A stretch of 64,000 nt of DNA from Chloroflexota bacterium (GTDB taxonomy: Bacteria; Chloroflexota; Dehalococcoidia; GIF9; UBA5629): the NCBI GenBank assembly GCA_016875875.1, contig VGOP01000006.1, forward strand, positions 6,203 through 70,202. The letters run 5' to 3'. Under the pieces are notes generated by a model. That model worked only from the letters and a program-made list of their open reading frames with translations, made no database searches and was not told where the DNA came from. Every line of letters begins with the position of its first letter. Positions within the stretch are counted from its first letter, which is position 1. This document shows, in pieces, positions 38,201 to 47,627 of this stretch. The position numbers and the translations under genes are program-made.

Positions 38201-38329
38201 CAGGGTGAATTGTATTGCACCACGCCGGGTCTCTAGGCTTTTTTCAAAGATTTGGTGCTCTTTCCAGAAACTGAGGGTGGCTTTTTCTAACTGGGGGAAA
38301 TTGACCTTGCTGTTTACCGGTCGGAACAT
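35216..38329 (-). CDS. ileS: Isoleucine-tRNA ligase (type 2)
   Basis: EGPPTANG, GWDTHGLP, WTTTPWT, DQTRGWF, KMSKA. Confidence 0.97.
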   Translation of the reverse strand: MFRPVNSKVNFPQLEKATLSFWKEHQIFEKSLETRRGAIQFTLYEGPPTANGSPGIHHVLSRVFKDIIPRYKTMKGYYAPRKGGWDTHGLPVELEIEKMLGFSGKAQIEEYGVAKFNTLCRESVFSYLKEWEAMTERIGFWLDLEHAYRTLENTYIESCWWALKQLWDKGLIYQGYRVTPHCPRCGTSLSSHEVALGYRDDAEDPSVYIKFKVAKSLYRSTGFIDRLRKGYGDREADFVKWLLDLTGDRPVYLLAWTTTPWTLPGNTALAVADDAEYAFVEIDNEYLILACARLEQLGLGNVPIVAKVRGSDLIDLRYEPLFNPWDFGVTIGRMDVKETDGEPSSNIKWKQLDLFNYPVIADDFVSMEDGTGVVHIAPAFGEVDFEAGEDNDLDFVQPVDLNGNVIGTYPFAGKFVKDADPLVLEDLKSRGLLYRSEQITHTYPFCWRCEAPLLYYAKRTWYIRTSAKKDALLSGNNKINWYPEHIKYGRFGDWLENNVDWAFSRERYWGTPLNIWGCSKCDSYECIGSLEELKAKPDLEGLVEPLDLHRPFVDDITFSCFKCDGKMKRQTEVIDCWFDSGAMPFAQWHYPFEDQNVFDLSFPADYISEAVDQTRGWFYSLHAISTLLFDRPCFKNVICLGHILDAEGEKMSKAKGNVVDPWSVLDSYGADALRWYLFTAAPAGNVRRFSSDTVAEALRNFLLTLWNTYSFFAIYANIDRFDPKAAGTSSLSDLDRWILSRLNQLIADVDGALDNYDPTSAGRKLETFVGELSNWYVRRSRRRFWKSQSDADKLAAYSTLYHCLVTLSKLLAPFTPFVAEEIYRNLVCSVEPEAVESVHLADFPVADPSQVDEKLVEATRLAMTACSLGRAARAKAGIKVRQPLSKALVKVGSASEKKALQKLTYQILDELNVKEVEFYGGEELADKSGYVSAVEGDYWVAVATELSPELEAEGIAREVVRRLQTMRRSAGLDIADHIFTYYEGGDSIQLVMTKFADYIKQETLSRELISSVPPSGSYTEKFRISNYEILLGVEKAA

Positions 38330-38331
38330 GC

Positions 38332-38979
38332 CTAATGCTTCTTCAACATAATAGCTACTTTTCGCATCTCACCCTCGCCTATGCTCTGGGTAGTAACATC
38401 CGGATGATCAGTCAAAGCTAAATGAATAATGCGACGCTCATCTGCAGGCATAGGCTCAAGAGTTATCAAACGCCGGTTCCTTTTCACCTGCTCTGCTAAA
38501 CGCAAAGCCAAGTTCTGTAATGACTCGTAGCGACGCTTCTTATAACCAGCAACATCAACATTTATCGGTACCCACGCCTTCAGCTTTTCAGCGACTATCA
38601 GTCTGACAATATACTGTAGAGAAGCCAGAGTCTGACCACGACGACCAATCAAAACACCGAGGTCATCGCCTTCAATATTCAGTGTCACCGGCAATTCACC
38701 ATTAGCTGATTGGGTGACAGAGACGTCAGCCGCTATTCCCATGAATTTAATCAGCGCCTCCATGACCTCCTTGGCCAAATTAACTACATCGGCCTTCTCA
38801 CCATCCACAGGCAGAAGACTTACCTTAATCCTGGCCTCCTCAGCACCCATTCCCAAAACTCCCGACCTACCTTTCTTCAATATCTCCACCTCCACCCGGT
38901 CTTCACCTACGCCCAATTGTTCCAGGGCCATATGAATAGCTTCGTCAACTGTTTTAGCACTTACCTCTAATTCTTTCAT
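38332..38979 (-). CDS. jag: Jag/KhpB (EloR) RNA-binding protein
   Basis: Jag_N, KH (LIGRRGQTL) and R3H (ERRIIH) domains. Confidence 0.93.
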   Translation of the reverse strand: MKELEVSAKTVDEAIHMALEQLGVGEDRVEVEILKKGRSGVLGMGAEEARIKVSLLPVDGEKADVVNLAKEVMEALIKFMGIAADVSVTQSANGELPVTLNIEGDDLGVLIGRRGQTLASLQYIVRLIVAEKLKAWVPINVDVAGYKKRRYESLQNLALRLAEQVKRNRRLITLEPMPADERRIIHLALTDHPDVTTQSIGEGEMRKVAIMLKKH

Positions 38980-39851
38980 CTTCCAAAAAGACCTCTCTTC
39001 TTCTCTCCAGCTGCCTTCTTTATCGCCTTGGACTCTTCAGCCGCTTTCTGTACTATCTTGGATGGTTGTTCAGTTGGTGCTATTTTCCGGACCGGCACGG
39101 GTTTTTGATCCGGCACTGGCTTTGGAGCCGAAGGAGTCCTCAAATAGCCCCAGCCACCACCAACGAAATACTGGATTACTATGCCAATCACATTCGAAAC
39201 CACCCAGTACAGAGCCAAGCCACTCGGGAAAGACAGAGTGAAAAATCCAAACATCAGTGGCATCATCATTGTAGTCATGCTGGTCATAGACTGCTGTCGT
39301 GGGTCAGTAGCTGGTGCCGTCACCATCTTCTGCTGTATCCACATTGTGCCACCTACAAGTATAGCCAAGATGAGATTAGGGTCGGGTCGTGATAATTTTA
39401 GCCAGAGGAAATGTTCGTTCAGCGGGATCGCTTGACTTACCATCGCCCAAGGATAAAGATGCTGCGACAAGTTCAATAAGTTCTCTGGTGTAGCTGCCAA
39501 GGCCTGCATAATAGACTGGTACAGAGCGATCCATATAGGCAACTGAATAAGCATAGGCCAAAGACAGCCCAGGGGGTTTATCCCGGCTTCCTTATACAGC
39601 TTCATCATCTCCTGTTGCAATTTTTGCTGGTTTTTGGCGTACTTCTTCTGAAGCTCCTGAATCCTTGGTTGTAGTGTTTGCATGGCCTTAGTTGACTGAG
39701 TCTGCCGTACAGTAAGCGGGAACAACGCTAGACGAACAACGACCGTAAGAACGATAATCGCCCACCCAAAGCTGCCACCTAACACAGTGCACAGAGCAAT
39801 TAAGCTATTGAGTACGGGTTCCAAGATAATAGTATTCCACAGTTCAGCCAT
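38976..39851 (-). CDS. yidC: Membrane protein insertase YidC
   Basis: FPLT..Q, GCLWPMLIQLPI, PSGLALYW. Confidence 0.95.
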   Translation of the reverse strand: MAELWNTIILEPVLNSLIALCTVLGGSFGWAIIVLTVVVRLALFPLTVRQTQSTKAMQTLQPRIQELQKKYAKNQQKLQQEMMKLYKEAGINPLGCLWPMLIQLPIWIALYQSIMQALAATPENLLNLSQHLYPWAMVSQAIPLNEHFLWLKLSRPDPNLILAILVGGTMWIQQKMVTAPATDPRQQSMTSMTTMMMPLMFGFFTLSFPSGLALYWVVSNVIGIVIQYFVGGGWGYLRTPSAPKPVPDQKPVPVRKIAPTEQPSKIVQKAAEESKAIKKAAGEKKRGLFGR

Positions 39852-39859
39852 AATTAACT

Positions 39860-41068
39860 CTACTTAATATCAGAATAACAAAATTCCCAGATCTTATCTC
39901 CACTCTGTACATCCACACCATAGACACAGCGATGACTGGCATGGACATAAATCGTGTTTTCTTCAGTATAAAGGGGGGCCATTACCGAGCTGCCAATAGA
40001 CACAGGCCGCTCTAATTCTCCACTATCAGCCTTAAGTATGTACACCACACCTGACTTTGATGCTACTACAAGAAGATTATTCACCAGCACGGGCGTGGAC
40101 ACAATCTGGTCATCAGCAGTAAATCGCCACAGCTCCTTACCAGTGCTGGCATGAATGGCATAGATGTTATGGTCAAGGCAACCAGCATAAACCACATCAT
40201 CTTTAACTACCGGTGTTGACCAGAACCAATTATCTGCCTCAAACTTCCACTTCTCACTACCATCAGCGCTAGCAACAGAATAAAGATAACGGTCAAAGGT
40301 GCCGAAGTAGATATTATCTCCAGAAATTACTGGCGATGAAGCAATAGCTGCTGGCAACTCAACTTTCCACAACAGGCTACCATCTGCGCTCGACACCGCA
40401 AAAAGCTTCCGCTCATAATTGCTAACATAAACAACATCATCTTCAAATGCTGGAGATGTCCATATCTTGCTCCCAGTGTCAAATGGTGCCCATCTTTCGT
40501 TCCCCTTCTCGTCTAATGCATAGAGTTTACCATCAGAGCTGCCAACATAAAGAGTGTCTTCAACCACTATCGGGCTACCAACAACAGCTCCAATGAATTT
40601 ATTTTCTTTTCGTGGATAAAACCATTCTCCCTCATTCCATGCCGGGATGCCTTCTTCATCATAGCCAGGAGCCACCCTATTTATAGCCATCACTTTGCCA
40701 CTATCACCAACGTAGGTGGCAACATAAACTAGATTACCAGCAACTACTGGCGTGCCATAAACAGTCGCCAGCTGTGCCGTCGGAACACAACCCAGAGGGC
40801 CACACATTCCGCCTGGAGCAGCCGGTCCTTTGACAGGAAGAACCCACTCCCCTTCGCTTGGGAAAGGCAGTCCTTGACTTCGAGCCGAAGTGTTTACTGC
40901 CAAAATTCTGCCATCCATTGTCCCAAAGTAAAGAATACCATCATGACCTGCAAATCCAGACCATCCTTGATATGCTGGCCCAGTACAACCAGGGACAAGC
41001 AAGCTTAGAGCAATAAGCGAGAATATCAGACTTAATCTCTTTGTTTTGATTTTTAAGAAACCGGTCAT
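39860..41068 (-). CDS. PQQ-type beta-propeller lipoprotein (BamB-like repeats)
   Basis: Repeated SSPxxxDxxVYxG..DG.LYA....G...W units; LVPGC lipobox; start at ATG 41068 inferred. Confidence 0.82.
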   Translation of the reverse strand: MTGFLKIKTKRLSLIFSLIALSLLVPGCTGPAYQGWSGFAGHDGILYFGTMDGRILAVNTSARSQGLPFPSEGEWVLPVKGPAAPGGMCGPLGCVPTAQLATVYGTPVVAGNLVYVATYVGDSGKVMAINRVAPGYDEEGIPAWNEGEWFYPRKENKFIGAVVGSPIVVEDTLYVGSSDGKLYALDEKGNERWAPFDTGSKIWTSPAFEDDVVYVSNYERKLFAVSSADGSLLWKVELPAAIASSPVISGDNIYFGTFDRYLYSVASADGSEKWKFEADNWFWSTPVVKDDVVYAGCLDHNIYAIHASTGKELWRFTADDQIVSTPVLVNNLLVVASKSGVVYILKADSGELERPVSIGSSVMAPLYTEENTIYVHASHRCVYGVDVQSGDKIWEFCYSDIK

Positions 41069-41102
41069 CTCATTCACAATTAACAGCAAAAAATTAAGGA
41101 AT

Positions 41103-41318
41103 CTATGGTACTGGGTCATAGCCACCGCTAGACCATGGGTGGCAACGAGCTAAACGTTTGGCTGCAATCCAGCTTCCTTTGATAAGCCCGTATCTCTCAA
41201 TCGCTTGGTAAGCATAATGCGAACACGTAGGAGCAAATCGGCAAGCAGATGGAGTAACCTGTGACACCGTAGACTGATACAGCTTAATTGACTCCAGCAC
41301 GAACCATTTCATTTTCAT
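41103..41318 (-). CDS. yidD: Membrane protein insertion efficiency factor
   Basis: CRFAPTCSHYA...RCHPW..GGYDPVP. Confidence 0.93.
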   Translation of the reverse strand: MKMKWFVLESIKLYQSTVSQVTPSACRFAPTCSHYAYQAIERYGLIKGSWIAAKRLARCHPWSSGGYDPVP

Positions 41319-41643
41319 TCATTAGGTGAGCTCTTAATAGCAGCTTCCCTATAGATCTCTTGAGTTCATGATAGTCAGCAGTCACTGCAGCCTGCCGGGC
41401 AATAAACACTATATCCCACCCCGGTTTTAGCGATGTCACACGTACAACTTCCCTGAGCATCCGACGTACCCTATTGCGCACAACCGCCTTACCAATCTCC
41501 TTAGTCACTGAAAGTCCGTACCGGCTAAACTCAAGCTCATTAGGTAACGCTTTTATCACTATAAGGTTACCTACCCAAGCTTTACCCGATTTATAAACGG
41601 TCAAATACTGGGCTCTCTTTGTTAAAGCCCCTATTTTTGCCAT
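41284..41643 (-). CDS. rnpA: Ribonuclease P protein component
   Basis: GKAVVRNRVRR (RNR motif). Confidence 0.95.
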   Translation of the reverse strand: MAKIGALTKRAQYLTVYKSGKAWVGNLIVIKALPNELEFSRYGLSVTKEIGKAVVRNRVRRMLREVVRVTSLKPGWDIVFIARQAAVTADYHELKRSIGKLLLRAHLMNENEMVRAGVN

Positions 41644-41647
41644 GCTT

Positions 41648-41788
41648 CTAAACTGGCGTTAATTCCCAGCGGCCCTTGAGCCGCCTTGACTTCAATACCT
41701 TCCGCCCTCCTCGCGTTGCCATCCTAGCCCGGAAGCCATGCTTACGCTTTCGTGAGATTTTCTTAGGCTGGTATGTTCTCTTAGGCAT
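41648..41788 (-). CDS. rpmH: 50S ribosomal protein L34 (not in ORF track)
   Basis: Manual translation [46 protein letters not shown]. Confidence 0.96.
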   Translation of the reverse strand: MPKRTYQPKKISRKRKHGFRARMATRGGRKVLKSRRLKGRWELTPV

Positions 41789-42101
41789 TTTTCTTTTCCT
41801 GAGGAGCCATGCTTCTATTTTCAGGAATCCTACTAGGGCTGATATGATCCGGAGTGTAAGGCAATAAGGCCAAGTAGCGAGCCCTCTTTATCGCCAATGA
41901 CAAGCGTCGCTGGTGCTTGGCACAAGCGCCTGTCCGACGGCGTGGCTGGATTCTAGCCCGGTCGGAAATATAGCGCCGCAATCTGGAGATATCTTTATAA
42001 TCTATTTCAGCCTTGTCGGCGCAAAAGGGGCAAACTTTGGGCTTGAAAACAAAACGACGCCCCTTTTCTCTTGTCTCTTTAATCCCCTCACCTTCCTCCA
42101 T
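41781..42101 (-). CDS. rpsR: 30S ribosomal protein S18 (Zn-binding form)
   Basis: [31 protein letters not shown]. Confidence 0.96.
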   Translation of the reverse strand: MEEGEGIKETREKGRRFVFKPKVCPFCADKAEIDYKDISRLRRYISDRARIQPRRRTGACAKHQRRLSLAIKRARYLALLPYTPDHISPSRIPENRSMAPQEKKNA

Positions 42102-42138
42102 ATTTTAAATCTATGCCTCCTTATTAAAAGATAAACTA

Positions 42139-42561
42139 CTAGAAAGGTAGATCGTCAGGCGCTACCTCTTCCTCAGTAGCTTCCACAGCAGCTTCCACAG
42201 GGCCTTCCTCCCCAGGGAGCGGGGCTACCGCCTGCCTATCAAGGAACAGCACTCTATTAGCTATCACCTCAGCAGTGACACGCCTCTGCCCATCTCGTCC
42301 TTCCCAAGAGCGAGTCCGTAGGCTGCCCTCGACATAAACTCGCTGTCCTTTAGTCAAAAACTGATTACAACTCTCAGCCTGTTTTTTCCAAGCAACTATC
42401 GTGAACCACTCTGTCTCCTGTCTTCGCTCCCCTTCAGATGTCGTGTAGGCTCGACTCGTGGCAACACGGAACGAAGTTACTGGATTGCCACTCGATGTGA
42501 AACGCATCTCCGGGTCAGTCCCCACATTCCCAATGAGCATGATCCTGTTTAGACTCGCCAT
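42139..42561 (-). CDS. ssb: Single-stranded DNA-binding protein
   Basis: LIGNVGTDPE, TEWF, C-terminal DDLPF. Confidence 0.97.
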   Translation of the reverse strand: MASLNRIMLIGNVGTDPEMRFTSSGNPVTSFRVATSRAYTTSEGERRQETEWFTIVAWKKQAESCNQFLTKGQRVYVEGSLRTRSWEGRDGQRRVTAEVIANRVLFLDRQAVAPLPGEEGPVEAAVEATEEEVAPDDLPF

Positions 42562-42579
42562 CGCCAGACTCCTTACACC

Positions 42580-42867
42580 TTAATCCACCAATTTTATTAA
42601 GAGATGACGTAAAATTTTCCCTGAAAGCCGAAGATTCGCTTCTAGCTCCTTAGTCAAAGCCGGCTTCAATTTGAGCTTAGTCAACACGTAATTGCCCTCT
42701 GTGGACCGCTTTATAGGATAAGCCAGCTGTTTCCTCCCCCACTGATTTACCTCATCTACACTTCCACCGGTTTTATTGACTAGCTCGCCCAGCTTGGTGA
42801 TAAAGTCAGGTACTTCCTCATCAGCTACTTCAGGACTGATTATAAGCACCATTTCATAGCTATGCAT
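42580..42867 (-). CDS. rpsF: 30S ribosomal protein S6
   Basis: YEMVLII, WGRKQLAYPI, ILRHL. Confidence 0.96.
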   Translation of the reverse strand: MHSYEMVLIISPEVADEEVPDFITKLGELVNKTGGSVDEVNQWGRKQLAYPIKRSTEGNYVLTKLKLKPALTKELEANLRLSGKILRHLLIKLVD

Positions 42868-42899
42868 TCAGATTACCCTCGAAATTCAAAAGTGGGCAC

Positions 42900-42908
42900 A
42901 TTATAGCA
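42900..42908 (-). promoter_or_regulatory. Extended -10 promoter upstream of rpsF
   Basis: TGCTATAAT on the minus strand, about 33 nt before the start codon. Confidence 0.55.
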
Positions 42909-43005
42909 CATCAACGAAAATAGCAACAAGCTCACGAACCAACCTGAGCATTTCTTGCATTTTAATCGCATCTGGCTTATATTTCTGTTAGACAAAGGAG
43001 ACATT

Positions 43006-44106
43006 TTGGAAATTTGCATCATCGGGCTGCCCAAAAGCGGCAAGACAACGATTTTCAATGCCTTGACCAAGGGAAAGGTTGACACTAAAACCTATACCAC
43101 AACTGCCTTGACTCCAAACTTCGGGGTATCTAAAGTACCAGAACCTAGATTGCAATTTCTGGATAGAATATTCCATCCAAAGAAGATAACACCGACTGAG
43201 GTCAAATATGTTGATATTGCCGGTGTAGGCAAAGGTTCCGGCAAGGATGAGGGAATAAGCGGCCAATTCCTGAACTACCTGAGTAACGCAGATGCACTAC
43301 TCCATGTGGTCCGAGCCTTTGAAGACGAAAACATGCCGCACATAGACGGCAGCCTAAATCCAAAACGCGACATAGCTAGCATGAACCTAGAGCTTGTCTT
43401 CTCTGATTTAGCCATAATTGAAAGAAGGCTAAAGCGACTTGAAGATTCTTTAAAAGGCGCTAAGCCATCAGAACGCGACCAGCTCCTGAGAGAACAAGCC
43501 CTGCTTCAAAAGATTAAGTCACAATTAGAAAAAGATATACCCATCTGGCAGCAAAGCTTAACCGGTGAGGAAATCAGAAGCTTGGCCAATTACCAGTTCC
43601 TTACTGCCAAACATATACTGATAGTCATCAACATCGGAGAGAACCAGTTGGCACAGGCCTCCACTCTCGAATCTGAGATACGCTCAGCCTATTCTCACTC
43701 CCAATTTGAAGTAGCTGCCTTATGTGGTAAGTTAGAAATGGAACTAGCCCAACTAAGCGACGATGAAGCTACAGAATTTCGCAATGCTCTTGGCCTGACG
43801 GAACCAGCAGTTGACCGCATCGTCAGACTTTCCTATCAACTTCTGGGACTGATCTCTTTCTTCACCACCGTCTCCGAGGAATTAAAAGCCTGGACAATCC
43901 CTAGAGGGACAATAGCCTTAAAAGCCGCCGGGAAAATCCACTCTGACATCGAAAAGGGGTTTATTCGGGCTGAAGTCGTCAGTTTTCACGATTTGGATAG
44001 ATGCGGTAGTCTAGCTGAAGCCCGAAAACACGGCTTGCTCAGGCTCGAAGGTAAGAATCACATCGTGCAAGACGGAGATATAATAACCTTTCTATTTAAC
44101 ATCTAG
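43006..44106 (+). CDS. ychF: Obg-family ATPase YchF
   Basis: GLPKSGKTT, DIAG, AGKIHSD, GFIRAEV; TTG 43006 after AAGGAG. Confidence 0.93.
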   Translation: MEICIIGLPKSGKTTIFNALTKGKVDTKTYTTTALTPNFGVSKVPEPRLQFLDRIFHPKKITPTEVKYVDIAGVGKGSGKDEGISGQFLNYLSNADALLHVVRAFEDENMPHIDGSLNPKRDIASMNLELVFSDLAIIERRLKRLEDSLKGAKPSERDQLLREQALLQKIKSQLEKDIPIWQQSLTGEEIRSLANYQFLTAKHILIVINIGENQLAQASTLESEIRSAYSHSQFEVAALCGKLEMELAQLSDDEATEFRNALGLTEPAVDRIVRLSYQLLGLISFFTTVSEELKAWTIPRGTIALKAAGKIHSDIEKGFIRAEVVSFHDLDRCGSLAEARKHGLLRLEGKNHIVQDGDIITFLFNI

Positions 44107-44187
44107 GAGGGGTCGCTCTCGCTCAAAATGTCATTAGTCTAGTAACTTGTAATGTGCGGCCACCGTCTTCAACATCCTTATTTTAGA

Positions 44188-44196
44188 TGGTATAAT
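44188..44196 (+). promoter_or_regulatory. Extended -10 promoter upstream of ppsA
   Basis: TGGTATAAT. Confidence 0.5.
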
Positions 44197-44233
44197 AGTC
44201 CCACAGAGAGCGACTCACACAACAAGGAGGGGC

Positions 44234-46501
44234 ATGAAACAAGGGACAAAGGTTATCGCTTGGTTTGACGAAGTAACAAAGGATGACATTCCTCTAGTAG
44301 GTGGTAAGGGGGCAAACTTAGGTGAGATGGTTCATGCTAAGATACCGGTGCCACCAGGTTTTATCGTCACTGCAGACGCCTATTTCAAATTCTTGAAAAT
44401 AAGCAAGCTTACAGACGAAATCCGCCGATACCTCGAAGGCGTAAATGTTAACGATAGCAAAAAGCTTCAAGAAACATCCAACCTCATCAAGGATAAAATT
44501 TCCAGTGTACCTATGCCGCCCGACGTGGTAAAGGAGATTAAAGACGCTTATCGTAAACTAGGACAAGGACTGGTAGCAGTCCGTTCTTCAGCCACAGCCG
44601 AAGATTTGCCCGAGGCTTCCTTCGCCGGCCAACAACGCACCTATCTCAACATTCAAGGAGAAGATGAGGTAGTGACAGCAATACAAGGCTGCTGGGGTTC
44701 ACTGTTTGAATCCAGAGCTATATTCTACAGACAGCAGCACGGTTTTGACCACTTCCAGGTGGGTATTGCCGTACCAGTGCAAATAATGGTGCAATCGGAG
44801 GCATCAGGAGTCCTATTCACTGTAGAGCCCCTTAGTAACGACACAATGAAGATCCTAATCGAAGCAATTTACGGACTGGGTGAAGCTATTGTGTCTGGTG
44901 ACGTCACTCCCGACCAGTATCTTCTGGATAAGGGAAAGGTTAAGATCCTTGACAAAAAAGTCCACAAGCAGGAATGGCAACTGGTAAAGAATACAAAAGC
45001 ACCGATAGGCGAACTAGAGCCGAACATCAAGGTCCATGTCACACCATCAAAGCAAACTCTACAAAAGATAACCGACGAAGATATAGTTGCCTTAGCTAAA
45101 TTGGGCAAGCTGATTGAGGATTTATACAAAACTCCACAGGACATCGAGTGGGCAAAACAAGGAACACAGCTATTCATCCTTCAAACTCGGCCTGTGACCA
45201 CTTTGAAACCAAAAGCGGATATTAAGGCACTTCCTAAAATAGCAGCTCAGGCAATTTTAACCGGCGTTGCAGCGAGTCCAGGGATAGCCGTTGGCACGGT
45301 CAGAATTGTGCCCGAGGCTTCACACATAGATAAAGTTCAAGATGGTGATGTTCTGGTCGCTGAAATGACAACCCCAGATTTTGTGCCGGCGATGAAACGA
45401 GCTGCGGCTATAGTCACCGACCGTGGCGGTCGAACTGCTCACGCCGCCATCGTCAGCCGCGAGCTAGGCGTCCCTTGCGTCGTGGGCACAGAGGTGGCAA
45501 CTAAAGTTCTAAGTGATGGCCAAGTAATCACTGTAGATGGCTCCCAGGGAGAAGTCTATGCTGGCAAAGTAGCCGAGCCAACAAGAGCTGCCCCCAAAGT
45601 CATTACTCAGGAACGGATTAAAACAAAAACCCGGGTCTATGTAAATCTGGCTGAGCCTGAATTAGCTGAGGTTGTGGCGAAAAGGAATGTAGATGGAGTT
45701 GGCCTGCTCCGAGCCGAATTCATCATCGCACAAATCGGCGGACATCCACGATACATGCTGCATGAGGGAAAGGGAGACCAATTTACGGAAATGCTGACTC
45801 GGGGCATTACCACATTCACCAAAGCTTTCCACCCTCGCCCGGTAGTTTTTCGGACTACCGATTTCAAAACCAACGAGTACAGAAACCTGCGCGGCGGGGA
45901 CAAATACGAGGAATTTGAGGAGAACCCCATGATTGGGTACCGTGGCTGCTCCCGATATACACGGGAAACCGAGGTCTTCAGGCTCGAGATAGAGGCTATC
46001 AAAAGGGTGTGTCAGTACTATGACAACCTATATGTTATGATTCCTTTCGTCCGCTTCGTAGACGAAATCGCGAGGATAAAAAGGTTCTTCGTAGCTGAGG
46101 GATTGTACCAGTTTCCCAATTTTAAATTGTGGATGATGGTTGAAGTGCCATCAAACATCTTTCTCATAGACCAATTCATAGACGCCGGCATCGACGGTGT
46201 CTCCATCGGCTCCAACGATTTAACTCAACTGATTTTAGGGATAGACAGAGACAATCCCAAACTAGCACCGCAATTTGATGAGAGAAACGAGGCAGTGCTC
46301 ATGGCCATAGAAAAGGTCGTTAAAGTTTCAACTCAAAAAGGCATCACCTCTTCCATTTGCGGACAAGCACCCTCAGTCTACCCAGAACTTACCGAGAACC
46401 TGGTAAAATGGGGGATCACCTCAGTTTCGGTAAGCCCTGACATGATAGATGAAACAAGGCGTATAATAGCTGCTGTTGAAACGAAACTTGGCCAGTCGTA
46501 G
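44234..46501 (+). CDS. ppsA: Phosphoenolpyruvate synthase
   Basis: VGGKGANLGE, AVRSSATAED, GGRTAHAAIVSRE, SIGSNDLTQ. Confidence 0.95.
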   Translation: MKQGTKVIAWFDEVTKDDIPLVGGKGANLGEMVHAKIPVPPGFIVTADAYFKFLKISKLTDEIRRYLEGVNVNDSKKLQETSNLIKDKISSVPMPPDVVKEIKDAYRKLGQGLVAVRSSATAEDLPEASFAGQQRTYLNIQGEDEVVTAIQGCWGSLFESRAIFYRQQHGFDHFQVGIAVPVQIMVQSEASGVLFTVEPLSNDTMKILIEAIYGLGEAIVSGDVTPDQYLLDKGKVKILDKKVHKQEWQLVKNTKAPIGELEPNIKVHVTPSKQTLQKITDEDIVALAKLGKLIEDLYKTPQDIEWAKQGTQLFILQTRPVTTLKPKADIKALPKIAAQAILTGVAASPGIAVGTVRIVPEASHIDKVQDGDVLVAEMTTPDFVPAMKRAAAIVTDRGGRTAHAAIVSRELGVPCVVGTEVATKVLSDGQVITVDGSQGEVYAGKVAEPTRAAPKVITQERIKTKTRVYVNLAEPELAEVVAKRNVDGVGLLRAEFIIAQIGGHPRYMLHEGKGDQFTEMLTRGITTFTKAFHPRPVVFRTTDFKTNEYRNLRGGDKYEEFEENPMIGYRGCSRYTRETEVFRLEIEAIKRVCQYYDNLYVMIPFVRFVDEIARIKRFFVAEGLYQFPNFKLWMMVEVPSNIFLIDQFIDAGIDGVSIGSNDLTQLILGIDRDNPKLAPQFDERNEAVLMAIEKVVKVSTQKGITSSICGQAPSVYPELTENLVKWGITSVSVSPDMIDETRRIIAAVETKLGQS

Positions 46502-46539
46502 CACTGTGGCAGAGCGGAGAAGCAAAAGCTTAAGTTTTG

Positions 46540-47574
46540 ATGGTCAACCTGAACATTCGGCAGCGGATAGAGGAATCTGAAAACAGCCTCTCCCCTTATG
46601 CATCAAAAAGCAGGCTCAGCCGAGGCAGACTCAAATGGGAGGAACCTTGCTCGATACGAACAGATTTTCAGCGAGACCGCGACCGCATCATCTACTCCAA
46701 CGCCTTCCGCCGTCTCAAGCACAAGACCCAGGTCTTTATCGCCCCTTCGGGTGACCATTATGTAACGCGGCTGACACATACTTTAGAAGTCTCCCAGATT
46801 GCCCGGACTATATCAAGAGCGCTAAACCTTAACGAGGACTTAACCGAGGCTATCGCTTTGGGACATGATTTGGGTCATACCCCATTCGGTCATGTGGGTG
46901 AGCAGGTTCTAAACGAGCTCTTCCCCAGCGGGTTCAAGCATAACGAGCAGAGTCTAAGAGTAGTCGATTTACTGGAAAAAGATGGGCAAGGACTGAACCT
47001 GACCTGGGAAGTCAGGGATGGCATCTTAAATCATTCCAAGAGCGGGATTGAGATACTTGGGGAGGGATGGACAGAAGTTAGTACTATCGAAGGACAAATA
47101 GTCAAGATGGCTGACACTGTTGCTTATGTCAACCACGATGTTGCCGATGCCGTAAGAGCTGGTGTTATAGCTGAAAACAAGCTGCCAGCTTCCGCAGTAA
47201 AACGCCTTGGCAGCACTTCTCGCCAACGAATTAACGCGCTCGTATGCGATATTGTCAACTATTCTCTGGCATCAATGGACAATGCAAGTTTGAAAAAACC
47301 AATTATCGGAATGAATGCTGAGATTTTAGAAGTCACCAATAGCTTGCGTGAGTTTCTCTTTGACAAAGTGTATAATCCCAGTCTAGCCAGTAAAGACTCA
47401 TCAAAAGCGAGGAAGGTAATACGTCGTCTATATTCATATTTCCTGAAACACGAAGAGCAGTTGCCTAAAGAATACACATTGCGCGATGACACTGTGGAAA
47501 GAAAGGTTACTGATTACATCGCCGGGATGACAGATCAGTATGCATTAAGGATGGCCAAAGAAATCGCATGCTGA
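46540..47574 (+). CDS. dgt: Deoxyguanosinetriphosphate triphosphohydrolase
   Basis: FQRDRDRI, RRLKHKTQV, TRLTHTLEV, HDLGHTPFGH. Confidence 0.93.
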   Translation: MVNLNIRQRIEESENSLSPYASKSRLSRGRLKWEEPCSIRTDFQRDRDRIIYSNAFRRLKHKTQVFIAPSGDHYVTRLTHTLEVSQIARTISRALNLNEDLTEAIALGHDLGHTPFGHVGEQVLNELFPSGFKHNEQSLRVVDLLEKDGQGLNLTWEVRDGILNHSKSGIEILGEGWTEVSTIEGQIVKMADTVAYVNHDVADAVRAGVIAENKLPASAVKRLGSTSRQRINALVCDIVNYSLASMDNASLKKPIIGMNAEILEVTNSLREFLFDKVYNPSLASKDSSKARKVIRRLYSYFLKHEEQLPKEYTLRDDTVERKVTDYIAGMTDQYALRMAKEIAC

Positions 47575-47627
47575 GCAGAGCTGTCAAATTCAATCAGAAC
47601 CTTGAAGCAAGTGATTGAGTTCCTAAA

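Noticed and set aside
42868-42899. S6:S18 autoregulatory leader
   Set aside because: Only a weak GU-rich hairpin can be drawn; not supportable without covariation.
41648-42955. oriC near rpmH
   Set aside because: No dnaA and no DnaA-box cluster was seen; rpmH is embedded in an operon.
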